NCBI GenBank assembly: GCA_030390025.1 | Contig: JASTWF010000236.1 | Coordinates: forward strand, 62,001-126,000 | From: Squalus acanthias | Lineage: Eukaryota | DNA: 64,000 nt | Reading direction: 5' to 3' | In this document: in pieces, positions 1 to 11,714 of the stretch | Numbering within the stretch: position 1 is the stretch's first letter | Layout: the number at the start of each line of letters is the position of its first letter | Notes under the pieces: model-generated | What the model was told of the DNA's origin: nothing | The model's database searches: none | Seen by the model: the letters and a program-made list of their open reading frames with translations, nothing else | Position numbers and translations under genes: made by a program

Positions 1-323
1 TCCTCCAGCCCCACAAACCCCCCGAGATATCTGCGCTCCTCTAATTCTGCCCTCTTGAGCATCCCTGATTTTAATCGCTCAACCATTGGCGGCTGTGCCT
101 TCAGCTGCCAAGGCCCTAAGCTCTGGAATTCCCTCCGTAAACCTCTCCACCTCTCTTTCCTCCTTTAAGACGCTCCTTGAAACCTACCTCTTTGACCAAG
201 CTGCCCTAATTTCTCCTTATGTGGCTCGGTGTCAACTTTTGTTTTATAACGCTCCTGTGAAGCGTCTTCGGACATTTTACTCCATTAAAAGCAGTATATA
301 AATACAAGTTGTTGTTATTGTTG
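1..323 (+). mobile_element. L2-clade LINE 3' end fragment
   Basis: L2-type C-terminal sequence (..AFSCQGPKLWNSL..FKTLLETYLFDQA) followed by the tail ..tatataaatacaagttgttgtt; a near-identical fragment lies at 46230-46610. Confidence 0.75.
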
Positions 324-1029
324 TACACACTTTGTTTTGAGAGTTTTGATACTCAAGCCTGAACTGTCAGTATATTAAAAGTTTGCAAGCATATATAAAG
401 CTCTCTGCTGCACTCAAGTTGAAGTAAGCAGTGATGTTTGAACTAGATGAGAAAAAAGGCACATTTTTGAAATAAAAACTAAAAACAACCAACAGCAAAA
501 AGTGAAAAAATAAGTTTAAAGTCACACCCAAAATGCTAATCTGAATTTATCTTTCAGGTTCATTTTGGCCCTTCATATATTTCTAGCATTTAATGTTTTT
601 ATTTTGTATATCCAGCATTCAAAATCTTTTTATTAAAACACAATAAAGTACTGATTTGTAATAAATTGTGAAATAATCAATGGCTATTGAAATAAAATAA
701 AATCTAATAAGTAACAGGTGCTGCTGCTACCTGCGAATCAATACTTTAGTTATCAATCTGAGATCATTTTGGCTGTAATTGTAGGATGCTGACTTGAATA
801 AGTATAAACCGGGCTCTCCCCCAAAATTCTCAGGTTTAGTTTGTTCCAATAGTGCTTCAACAACAACTTACATTTCCAGTGCTCCTCATAGAACAATACA
901 ACACAGAAGGAGGCCGTCCGGCCCATCATGCCTGTGCCGGCTCTTTGGTAGAGCTACCCAGTGAATCCCACTCCCCTGCTCTTTCCCCATAGACCTGTAA
1001 TTTCTTCATGTTCAGGAAGAAGTCTCAAA

Positions 1030-1680
1030 GTGCTTTGCATTGAAGAGGACTGAACAGCGAGGGGGAAAAGGGAAAACTGAAGAGGGTTATGACGGGGTCA
1101 AAAAGCACGGTGGAAGAGAAGGATTTTGAGAGGCTTTCGAAAGCAGTGATGGGAGGCGGCAAGGCCGAGCGTTCCAGAGGGCAGTAGTGTAGTGGCAAAT
1201 GAACAGGCGCCAAGAGTGGAGCGGAGAGAACAGAGGACAAGAAGACGCCCACTGTTAAAGGAGCAGAGGACACAGCCAGGGGCATATGGCAAGTGGAAAT
1301 CTCTCTAAGGCAAGGTGGAGCAAGGCAATGGAGTGGCCTGAATGTGAGGATGAGATCTTTAAAGTCAACTCACTGGGGTATGGGGTCAACGGAGCTTGGA
1401 GAGGAGGATTTAGTGTGGGTGACGGGCTGCAGCATCTTGAATGAAGTGAAGCTTGTGGAGGCTTGAGGCAGGGGGGCTGGCAAGGCGGGCATTGGAGATG
1501 TTGAGTCTCAAGATGATTACATTATGTATTAGGGTTTTTAGCAGCAGATAGGGGAAGAGGTGGGCAATGTCAAAGAGGTAGAAGAAGGCAGTCTTGGTAA
1601 TGGAATGAATGTGGGGAAGAAGTTGCACTCAGGGTCAAGCAGTACGCCAGGGTTTCACATCACCTGACTCAGCCTGACAC
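1030..1680 (-). mobile_element. degenerate L2 LINE RT C-terminal fragment
   Basis: Minus-strand ORF 1410-1628 (PHIHSITKTAFFYL..LIHNVIILRLNISNARL..LHKLHFIQDAAAR) is typical L2 RT C-terminal sequence. Confidence 0.65.
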
Positions 1681-1729
1681 GCCATCAGGAAGTTGATGGA
1701 TTTGAGGCCAGAAGAACATTTTTTTTTAA

Positions 1730-2090
1730 ATTCGTTTATGGGATGTGGGTGTCGCTAGCAAGGCCAGCATTTATTGCCCATCCCTAGTTGCCCTTGAGAA
1801 GGTGGTGGTGAGCCACCTTCTTGAACCGCTGCAGTCCGTGTGGTGAAGGTATTCCCACAGTGCTGTTAGGGAGGGAGTTCCAGGATTTTGACCCAGCGAC
1901 GATGAAGGAACGACGATATATTTGCAAGTCGGGATGGTGTGTGACTTGGAGGGGAACTTGCAGGTGGTGGTGTTCCCGTGCACCTGCTGCCCTTGTCCTT
2001 CTAGGTGGTAGAGGTTGCGGGTTTGGGAGGTGCTGTCGAAGAAGCCTTGGCGAGTTGCTGCAGTGCATCTTGTAGATGGGACACACATAG
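1730..2090 (-). mobile_element. CR1-group LINE 3' fragment (same family as 27870-30410)
   Basis: IYKMHCSNSPRLLRQHLP..KSWNSLP..; near-identical to the 3' end of the long copy at 27870-30410. Confidence 0.8.
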
Positions 2091-2593
2091 GTGTTGGCAG
2101 CAGCCAAAAATGGTGCCTTTGATTTTGCACCGTCAATTTAGCTTTTATTATATGTCATAAATGAAAATGCTGGAAATGCACGGTGGATGTGTTTTTTTTT
2201 TCTCTTCACATTATTGTCCCGAATGGGTTTCAATCTATTTTTATGACTGCCAAATTATATGTTTAAACCAAAGAGGATTTGTTGTTTATTGTGATTCCTA
2301 ATGAGTGGCACTTGACAGGTCTGCCTTAGACATGAAATTTATGATCACGAAGAGTGAAAGAGATTGTGAAGCCTTGTAGGAAAGTGCAGCTGTGCTCGTT
2401 TCTTTGAGCACCATGCCTTAAGATGGTTACGTTCCCAAACCAAACTGAGCAAGTGTCACTCCTAATGATTGAGGCTTAACAAGTCTACTTTTCAAATAGC
2501 TTTCCCAGAGAGTAAGAAGCCATTGTATTGCCAGGGCATCTGTACGTTATACACCGTTCCTTAACTGTTTATTTGTGTTATTGGACTTATAAG

Positions 2594-2680
2594 AAAGAAC
2601 TTGCATTTATATAGTGCCTTTCACAACCTCAGGACGTCCCAAAGCTCTTCACAGCCAATGAAGTACTTTTGTAGTGTAGT
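2594..2680 (-). mobile_element. SINE 3' fragment interrupted by Gypsy copy 1 (continues at 7118-7130)
   Basis: gaacttgcatttatatagtgcctttcac...aagtacttttgtagtgtagt | cactgttg matches the SINE tail of the other copies. Confidence 0.75.
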
Positions 2681-2873
2681 TGTCGTAGAATGAGCCTTAC
2701 GCGTGGTGAACTTAAAGTAAGCTTTAATCAACTAAAAAGGTGCTACATACAAAAGAGGTCTTACTCTATGCCTCTCCAGGATCCAACTGATTAGTCCAGT
2801 ATTTATCCTGGACTAATCACAGGAAGTGATGCAATAAAGTTAGAGTCACAGGAAGCTGTATTGTGTTACCACA
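2681..2873 (-). repeat. 3' LTR of Gypsy copy 1 (193 bp)
   Basis: Direct repeat of 6924-7117; adjacent PPT reads ttctcccccccc on + (2874-2885). Confidence 0.97.
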
Positions 2874-3210
2874 TTCTCCCCCCCCAAAAGATTAGGAGGC
2901 CGGGATGAAGTTCGAGTCACAGGAAGCTGTATTGTGTTACCACATTCTCCCTCCATTTCGTAGCCGCTGGACGAGGGAGAGCCGCACCCGTTTGGGTTCT
3001 CATAGTGGTAGAGGGCCCCTAGCCCGTTTACCCGCCGCGGGCCGTGGACCAGAGTCCGAGTGATCCAGCCCGCTCTGTGAGGGGTCAGGACGATCCTGAC
3101 TGTGTACTGGTGCCCGAACGGGTGTCGGGCAGGGCTGTGGCAGATCCGTTTCCGAGCGTACGGTACAGGGTGGATCGTGGCTGCGCGTGCGAGCCCCGAC
3201 GGGCTCATAG

Positions 3211-6200
3211 TCAGTCTGCCCCAGGTCGGCACGCTGGAGTGAGGTACCAGCCGGCGTCAGATCCAGATCGTGATGAGAGGCACCTGGCGAGCCCAGGTGT
3301 CCCTCTATGTTTCGGCGGGCAGGGAGCCAGATCCCGCAATGATACGGTAGATTCCCGACCGTCAGGATACCGAATATAGGCGTAGGTAGGGTTGACGTCA
3401 GTGAGCTCAACCTCATCTACCAGGGGGTCATTCTTAGACGCCCGGACATATCTTCGGAGTAGCACTGGTCCCGGTGCAGTCAGCCACGACGGGAGAGATA
3501 TCCCATAGGATGAGCGACGCTGAAATCGGAAGAACCGTTCATGAGGCGTCGTATTTGTGGCGGTCGAAAGGAGGGACCGTGTGGAGTGTAATGCGTCTGG
3601 AAGTACTGCTTCCCATTGCTGGTTGGGTAGGCCCCGAGATCTCAAAGCCAGACGTACCGCATTCCAGATGATAGCGTTAAAACGCTCGACTTGCCCATTC
3701 CCGACTGGATGATAAGGCGTCGTTTTGCTGGCAGCAATACCCCGTTCCGAGAGATAGGCCTTGAGTTCTCCTGACATAAAAGAAGGGCCCCGATCCGAAT
3801 GAACATAGGATGCTATGCCACAGAAAGCAAATACCTGCTCAAGGCAGCTGATAACCGTGGTCGTCAGCATATTGGGGCAGGGAAAGGCAAACGGAAAACG
3901 GGAATACTCATCGACCATGGTCAATAGATAAGTGTTGCGAGTTGAAGAGGGCAACGGCCCCTTAAAATCGATGCTAAGCCGTTGCATTGGCTGGGTCGCA
4001 TGTATGAGTATACCACCCGAGGGGCGGAAAAACCGAGGTTTCAATTCCGCACAACTCTGCAGTCCGAGCACATCTTCTTTACATCCCCGGTAGAGAATGG
4101 GAGATTTCGGGACCGCACGAAGTGTAGCATGCGAGTAACGCCCGGATGACACAACCCATCATGGATGTCTACGAGCGTAGAGGGTGCCATGGCGGAGCAG
4201 AATGCTCGTGTGAGGGTATCCGGAGCCACATTCTCCTTGCCAGGTCGATAGTGAATGGTGTAACCAAAAGAGGCCAATTCCAGCCGCCAAAGCTGTATTT
4301 TATTATTTTTAATTTTGGTCCGTTTTCGATTATCGAGCATGAAGGCGACCGATCGCTGGTCCGTGATTAAGGTAAAGTGCTGGCGAGCTAGGAGATGAGT
4401 CCACTTCCGTACTGCCTCTATGATGGCTGTAGCTTCTTTCTCGACTGGAGGATAATGTAGCTCAGCCCCTTGAAAAGTCCTGGACAAAAATGCCACCGGA
4501 CGACCTTCCTGATTCAGAGTGGCCGAGATCGCCACCTCCGAGGCATCACACTCAATGACAAAAGGAAGACTCTCATCGATGGAGTGAAGAGTCGCTTTCT
4601 CCAACTGTTTTTTCAGGAGGTTAAAGGCTGCAACAGCCGCTGTGTCTAGTGGGAATGTGCTGGCCTTCAGTAGAGGTTGGATTCGGTCCGAGAAGTTAGG
4701 AATCCATTTAGCATAGTATGCAAACAGGCCGAGGGCCCGGCGCAAGGAGGCCGGATTCTTAGGTGGCGGGAGTTCTTGGAGTGGGCGAAGCCTTTCAGGG
4801 TCAGGTTTAATGATGCCATTGCCCACACAATAGCCAAGGATGTTGATGGTTGGTTGTGACTCAATGGATTTAGCCGCATTTAATGTCAAATTACGGTGCT
4901 GGAGTGCGTCCCAAAATCGTTGGAGATTGGCGTCATGTTCCCGCTGATTGCGACCTGCGACAGTAATATTGTCCAGATAAGGAAACGTATCCTTCAAGTC
5001 TTCCTGTTTAACCAGGTCATCCATTGCTCGCTGGAAGACAGCCACTCCATTAGTGACCCCAAAGGGGAGGCGACGAAATTGATACAGCCGTCCATTGGCT
5101 TCAAAGGCCGTATACTGCTTGTCTGAGACCTTCAAGGGTACCTGATGATAGGCACTTTTTAGATCATATGTTGAGAACACCGTGTACTCAGCCAATTTAT
5201 TAACCATATCATCGATGCGCGGCAATGGGTATGCGTCCAAGTCCGTATATTGATTGATGGTCTGTGAATAGTCAATGCACAGCTGTTTCTTGTGAGGTTG
5301 TAGAGGGTTCTTAACAATAACGACCTGGGCGCGCCATGGCGACGAACAAGGCTCGATGATATCCTCTGCTAAAAGCCGAGAAATCTCAGCCGCAATAAAA
5401 GACTGGTCTTCCTGACTGAAACGTCGTGACCTTGTTATAATCGGTTTGCATCGAGGAGGGATACTGGAAAACAGTGAGGGTTCATCCAGTGAAGCTGCTG
5501 ACAATGCACAGAAGGGTAATCGAGGTAGTATATTAGAAATAGTGAGTTCAGGTTTGGATCCGCCGAACTCAATGGTGAGCTTCTTATGCTGCTTTTGAAA
5601 ATCCAGCCCTAAGATAAGATCACTACATAAGTCCTTGAGCACCAAAAGCCGGGTGGAGGGATACCTGCGACCATTAAGTGTTATTTCAACCATACAAAAG
5701 CCAGAAATTCTGGTATTAAGTGATGACTGAGCCATCGCAACTGCCTGGTCCGATGGGAAAACATGTAGCTTTAACTCTGCAACAATCTGTTCCCTAATGA
5801 AACTATCAGTGCTACCTGAGTCAATTAAGGCATCTAAAGTATGTCCATTAATTGATGCTTTTGTAGCTGCATGGAATAGGTTCTGAGGACAAGCAGCTGT
5901 AATTGGTGTCGTTGCACAAAGAGTGGCTGAAACTCTAGGTGTGTTTCTTCGAGAGGAAGCACGATAGATTTTAGCCGGAACATCTTGATAGGCCCTTACC
6001 GGGGCAGTTCGGTAGGACTTAGCTTGATAAGCCCTCGTAGAGGCTCTTGATAGGCAAACCTTTGCAAAATGACCCTTTTTGTTGCAATGACTGCAAAACG
6101 CATTGCGAGCAGGGCAGAATTTCCGAGGGTGGAACTCATCACCACAAAAGAAGCATTTCTTAGATTGCCAAGAGGCTGCCACAGTGGGGTCATCATCCTC

Positions 6201-6845
6201 TTCATCAGTGAAGTCATCAGATTGATCGTCAGGGATAAAGACCTCCCTAATAGAGTTCACCTGTGGCCTCTTAAATTGCCTGACTGTAGTTAAGGCAGTA
6301 GACCGAGGTCTGGGCACTGTATAAAGGTCTGCATTCCTTTTTGCCAGATCTAGAGAGCAAGCCATGTCATAAGCTCTCTGAAGCTCAAGTGTCTTACTTT
6401 CCAGTAGACGCTGGCGTATAAATGGGGAGGCAAGCCCGCAGATGAAAGCATCGCGGATCATTTCTTCACGGTACAGCTCAGCTGAGGCTGCCTGAAAGTT
6501 ACAGTCCATACTAAGTCTGCGAAGCTCTTGGAGGAATTTATCAATGGATTCCTCCGGCCCTTGTTGGGCTGTAGCTAGTAGATGTCTGGCATAGACCTCA
6601 TTCGGTGTCTTAGTATATAGTCTCTTAAGCGTCCGAATTGCCTCCTCGTAACTGTCCCATTTCTCCACATACTGAAATACATTCGGGGTGACACAGTTGA
6701 TGAGTATCCGCAACTTTGAGTCATCATCAGCCTTACAATATTCAAGAAAATTGTCAAACGTGCGATACCAGTGTTTCCACACCTTACCGGCTGCTGGGGT
6801 GTTTGGGTCCAAGTCAAGACGCGATGGTTTAAGGATGTTTTCCAT
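3211..6845 (-). pseudogene. gag-pol polyprotein of Gypsy copy 1, frameshifted
   Basis: ORFs 4041-6845 and 3211-4152 contain two CCHC knuckles, protease LIDSGS, RT (YDLKSAYHQ, LPFG, YLDN), RNase H (CDAS, EKEA, TDQ) and integrase DDE (IDFKG, HSDRG, QVER). Relative to copy 2 there is a 1-bp deletion near 4053 in the HHCC and a 29-bp deletion near 3296. Confidence 0.93.
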
Positions 6846-6923
6846 GATGGGTGATTCCCTGGATCCTTAGTTCCGAGTTCGTCCAAAAAGTTTGAGTGCG
6901 AAGTTTTCCAAAGTTGATTAAAT

Positions 6924-7117
6924 TGTCGTAAGAATGAGCCTTATGCGTGGTGAACTTAAAGTAAGCTTTAATCAACTAAAAAGGTGCTACATACAAAAGA
7001 GGTCTTACTCTATGCCTCTCCAGGATCCAACTGATCAGTCCAGTATTTATCCTGGACTAATCACAGGAAGTGATGCAATAAAGTTAGAGTCACAGGAAGC
7101 TGTATTGTGTTACCACA
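6924..7117 (-). repeat. 5' LTR of Gypsy copy 1 (194 bp)
   Basis: Direct repeat of 2681-2873; PBS-position sequence at 6912-6922. Confidence 0.97.
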
Positions 7118-7224
7118 GTAGTCACTGTTGAAATATATATAAATTAAAGCCATGATCCCAAGGACTCTTGATAATAATGGACAACATCATCTATAATGTG
7201 TGTATCTCAAGGTTTTTAACTTTC

Positions 7225-7805
7225 ATAACATAAGAAATAGGTGCAGGAGTAGGCCATTTGGCCCTTTGAGCCTGCTCCACCATTCAATAAGATCATGGCT
7301 GATCTTCTACCTCATCTGCACCTTCCCACACTATCCCCATATCCCTTGATTCCCTTAATATTCAAAAATCTATTGATCACTGTCTTGAATATACTCAACG
7401 ACTGAGCCTCCACTGCCCTCTGGGGTAGAGAATTCCAAAGATTCACCACCCTCTGAGTGAAGAAATTTCTCCTCATCTCAGTCCTAAATGGCCGACCCCT
7501 TATTCTGAAACTGTGACTCCTGGTTCTAGACTCCCCAGCCAGGGGAAACATCCTCCCTGCATCTACCCTGTCAAGCCCTGTAAGAATTTTGTATGTTTCA
7601 ATGAGATCACCTCTCATTCTTCGAGACTCGAGAGAATATAGGTCTAGTCTACTCAATCTCTCCTCATAGGATAATCCCCCCTCCCAGGAATCAGTCTGGT
7701 GAACCTTCGTTGCACTCCCTCTAAAGCAAGTGTATCCTTCCTTAGGTAAGCAGACCAAGACTGTACACAATACTCCAGATGTGGTCTCACCATGGCCCTA
7801 TATAA
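7225..7805 (-). mobile_element. CR1 LINE 3' fragment
   Basis: ORF 7312-7770 ([46 protein letters not shown]) plus 3' UTR. Confidence 0.88.
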
Positions 7806-8227
7806 TCACAAGCACTGGCATTTAAAAAAAAATCCAAATAGTTCTTGCGCTTTGCTGTTAATTGCAGAGCAACAACAACTGACATTTCTGTAGCACTTCT
7901 CACACACAAAATGTCTCGAAACACTTTACAAGGAAGACAGGTGGCGCCAAGCAGAAAATGGAGCAATTTAGTGAGGGCAAACGGAAAGCACAGTGGAAAA
8001 GGTAACTGTTTTGGGGGGCTTTCAAGGAAGAGAGAGAAAAAGGGGACATTTAAAAATAGAGGTGAGGTTGGAGAGTACAGTGGTGGGGTGGGGGAGGTTA
8101 GAAGAGGTGGGTTGTGATGGCGAAGAAGAGTTTGGGGTTGTCCTTCCCCGCAGGGTGACCCTGAAGCAGTAGGAGGATTTGATGTGTAGAGGGCGAGGCA
8201 GTATTCTCTGCAGTCCTATTTGAGATG

Positions 8228-8410
8228 AAAGTGAGAAGTCGCACAACACCAGGTTATAGTCCAACAGCTTTATTTGAAATCACAAGCTTTCAGAGCGCTG
8301 CTCCTCCGAAAGCTTGTGATTTCAAATAAAGCTGTTGGACTATAACCTGGTGTTGAGCGACTTCTCACTTTTGTCCACCCCAGTCCAACACCGGCATCTC
8401 CACATCATGG
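8228..8410. mobile_element. Penelope-like terminal-repeat fragment in tail-to-tail inverted form
   Basis: 64-bp inverted arms (8228-8291 and 8308-8371, one mismatch); 12-bp direct repeat CTATTTGAGATG at 8216-8227 and 8411-8422; same sequence as 34625-34749, which carries a hammerhead core. Confidence 0.75.
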
Positions 8411-9366
8411 CTATTTGAGATGGTCAAGGCAAAACTAGCAGTGGACAGAACAGCCAGACACATGGAGGTAGCTGTTGTATCAGGACAGCATTGGGAATGG
8501 AAGACTATCCCAGATTTGGTGTGGACGAGAGCATCAAAGATTGATCAAAGGTTGACCAGACGGTGTTGATGTCAATGTAGATGGTTGGCTGGAGGAGAGA
8601 AGCCAGCAACTAGACAGGATGCTGGTGAGGAGTATGGGTATTTTTATTTCCAGGGTGGAGCTGTTAGAGGCAGGCAGGGAGTGTGAATGGTATAAGAAAT
8701 GAAGAAGTGATTAGAAATGGTCCTATTGTGACTTTGTAGGTGGTGAGTTCTCATGTGATAGCATGGTTGACAGATGATTGTGAATATGAGTGGGAGAGTT
8801 ATGTGGAGGATGGGGTTGGGGGAGAAGTCGTAGGAGATGGTGAATTCAGGTTGAATCCACCAAGGACGAGGAGTCGCTCGGTGCAAAGACTGAGTGAGTA
8901 CAGGAAGCAGGATAGGCAGGTGGGGGGGCCTACTTTAAATTCAAAAGTCGCTGCACTGATGATGTCTTTGGGCCATGATTTTTGAATTTAAAGTAAGCCG
9001 TTGGCTTGAGAGTCGGCGAAGACGAAATGGCGCCAGGCGGGAATGGAGCAACCTCAGTCAGGTAAATTAACTCAGCCTAATCTTAACCCCTCCCATGCGC
9101 CATTTTCACGGCGGGGGGTGGGGGGAGGTGGAGAGGTTACAATCGAGGCCTGTGTGTTCAAATCCCACCATGCAAATTGTGAAATGAAATGTAATAAATC
9201 TGGTACTTGAAATGGTGCAAGATCATTGTTTAAAAACCCAACTGGTTCACTAATGGTCTTCAAGGAAGGGAGCCTACCTCCCCTACTTATCTGGCCTAAG
9301 CATGACTTCAATCCTACACTGCCATTGACTCTTAATGCTCTCTGAAGTGGCCAAACAAGATACTTA

Positions 9367-10227
9367 GGGGGAGAAATTTGGTATCGCCCCGTTTGGGGCG
9401 CAATTAACCGCAGGGCGCAAAGTTTAGCGCCTGGCGCTAATTATCGCCTCCGACTGCAAACTTGGCTTCTATCGCCCCTGGAGGTGATTGGAGCACTAAA
9501 TCAGGTGCTGCACACCTCTCTTAAGGCGCTAATGCCGAGGAGTGAGGCACTACCTCAGCGCTGGCGAAGCTCATGTGATGTCAGTCAGCAATGGAACACA
9601 GACACACTGGGACCGGCCAGTTCTTAAAGGGGAGGGTCGATCTTGCTTTCCATCCACACCCTGCTCATTGCAGCCTTGAATCTTGGCCTGGAGAGACCTG
9701 TACATCAAATCTGCTGGAAAGAACAATGGAGGGGCCCAGGGACAGAGCTCCCAAAGTCTCTTCTAAATCGATGCAAGGAAGGTCAAATCAAAATGAACCT
9801 GCAAAGTGCTGCTCAGTACCCAAAACTCCTTCACACAGCGTTGAATCTCTCCAGAAGTCTCTCTCTCTCTCTCAGAATGCATGGTGCAAAAATGTCACCG
9901 ACAAAAAAAGGCAGGAAGCGGTCGCCTTTAAATAGCGCTCCCCCAGTCCCTTCCCGACTGCAAAACGCTCCCCTCAACCTGTCGTTGCTAGCGGCAGGCG
10001 GTAAGGTAGGGGGCGCCACTCAATATCCGCTCCGGGGCTCTACCGGGGCGTTGCACGTTCGACTGACGTCACGATCTGCCGGCGCAGGAGATCGTGGTGG
10101 TAGTGTTTAGCACCGCCGCAAAATGTCTAGTTAATTTCGCGAGCGGCGCAAACACCGCCGCGCCCGGGCGCTAGATACTTTGCGCCCCATGCTAATGGGA
10201 GGCGCAAAGCAACCGAATTTTTCCCCC
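9367..10227. mobile_element. non-autonomous PIF/Harbinger-type DNA transposon (MITE family C)
   Basis: TIRs GGGGGAGAAATT..AATTTTTCCCCC, 3-bp TSD TTA on both sides, GC-rich with repeated ggcgc/gcgcc motifs, no transposase ORF. Confidence 0.8.
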
Positions 10228-10279
10228 TTAGTTGTTAATAATCCCTACAAAATTAAAAAATAATGGGGAAAAAAATCAG

Positions 10280-10410
10280 ACAGCCCTGTCGAACACCATA
10301 GTGGGAGCAGCATCACCACAAGGACTGCAGTGGTTCAAGGAGAAAGCCCACAGCCACCTTAGGGCAACTAGAGATGGGCAATAAGTGTGGCCTTGCCCAC
10401 ATCCTGAGAA
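10280..10410 (+). mobile_element. CR1-group LINE extreme 3' fragment
   Basis: Matches the 3' end of the 27870-30410 family (..ggactgcagtggttcaag..gatgggcaataa..cccacatcc). Confidence 0.65.
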
Positions 10411-10498
10411 CAAATAATAAAATTTACTCAAATGGTATGTCAGTGCCTTGTAATTATCTATCGTGATAATAACTATGCTAAGCACAGATATTAATAAC

Positions 10499-11714
10499 TG
10501 TGTCAGCCATGGCTCAGTGGGTAGCACACTTGCCTCTGAGTCAGAAGGGTGTGGGTTCACAGTCCCACTCCAGGGACTTGAGTACATAAATCTAGATTGA
10601 CACTCCAGTGCAGTGCTGAGGGAATGCTGCACTGTCAGGGGTGCTGTCTTTCGGATGAGACGTTAAATCGAGGCCCCGCCTGCTCTCTCAAGTGGACGTA
10701 AAAGATCCTACGGCACTATTTCGAAGAAGAGCAGGGGAGTTATCCCCGGTGTCCTGGCCAATATTTATCCCTCAATCAACATAACAAAACAGATTGGCCC
10801 AGAAATTGATCTCGCTCTGTTCCCGCGGGGGTAAGCCTTCCCCGCGATGTCTCACCTCGCTTATGCTTTTTCAGATCCAGCTCGCACGAACTTGATGTTC
10901 CAGACATCAGCTGTGCTGGGCTTGCGTATCCCAGCGGCGTAGTGAATTCGTGCGAGCTGTGGGATCACGTGACTCAGTTAGAGCCAATGGCAGCACACCA
11001 TCTTCCATTCATAAGTCTCACAGCATGGCTGTGAAATCTATGAATCTTACACCCCTCCAAAATAACAGCTAAACCTCAATTAAATTTAAAAAAAAAACCA
11101 TCACATTAATAAAATAAGTATAGTTAATTAAATTAACCATTTTAAATAAAAAATTAAATTTTTGAAAAAATTTAAAATCTTTTAAAAAGTTATAAAAATA
11201 AACTTACCTGTCTTTAAAGTCTATAAAAAAGATATACCTGTAAAAAAAAATTCAAAAAAATACTTAATTCACTACTTACCTTCTTAAAAGCGGGTCTTAC
11301 TCCTCCTTTTTACATTTCCAAAATCTTCCCTACTTACCTGCGCGTCCAAAGCATGAAGTGCACAGCGTGCGCGCAGCCTGTAGCGCGCACGCGATGCACC
11401 CAGGCCCCGCCCCCTTTTCAGAAGAGCAATTGCCGGTTTTCAGCGCATGCGCAGGGCATGCAGAAAACAGGCAATTGGAGTGGGAATACGCGAGAGTACG
11501 CAGTGCGTACTCTCGCGTCCCGGGATCAATTTTCAGCCCATTATCTGGTCATTATCACATTGCTGTTTATGGGAGCTTGCTGTGCGCAAATTAGCTGCCG
11601 CGTTTCCCACATTACAATAGTGACTACACTCCAAAAGTACTTCATTGGCTGTAAAGTGCTTTGAGACATCCGGTGGTCGTGAAAGGCGCTATATAAATGC
11701 AAGTCTTTCTTTTT
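10499..11714 (+). mobile_element. tRNA-derived SINE (SacSINE1/DeuSINE-like) interrupted by MITE A1
   Basis: A box tggctcagtgg, B-box-like ggttc, Deu-like core (gaggcccc..gatcc..ggcactatttcgaagaagagcagggg), L2-like tail ..ctatataaatgcaagtctttc; the sequence resumes exactly after the MITE. Confidence 0.85.
10796..11539 (+). mobile_element. Harbinger-type MITE family A, copy 1 (744 bp)
   Basis: Imperfect TIRs GGCCCAGAAATTGATC..GATCAATTTTCAGCCC; 3-bp TSD ATT confirmed against the empty SINE sequence (acagATTatctgg); three more copies in the window. Confidence 0.88.

Larger units (their letters stand above)
2681..7117 (-). mobile_element. Ty3/Gypsy LTR retrotransposon, full length, copy 1 (Mag-like, YLDN RT)
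   Basis: TG..CA LTRs at 2681-2873 and 6924-7117 (2 substitutions + 1 indel), 5-bp TSD GTAGT (2676-2680 and 7118-7122), PPT next to the 3' LTR, domain order gag-PR-RT-RH-IN. Confidence 0.97.

Noticed and set aside
11331-11340. tacttacctg resembling the U1 snRNA 5' end
   Set aside because: No further U1 similarity; it is the reverse complement of a splice-donor-like motif inside the MITE.
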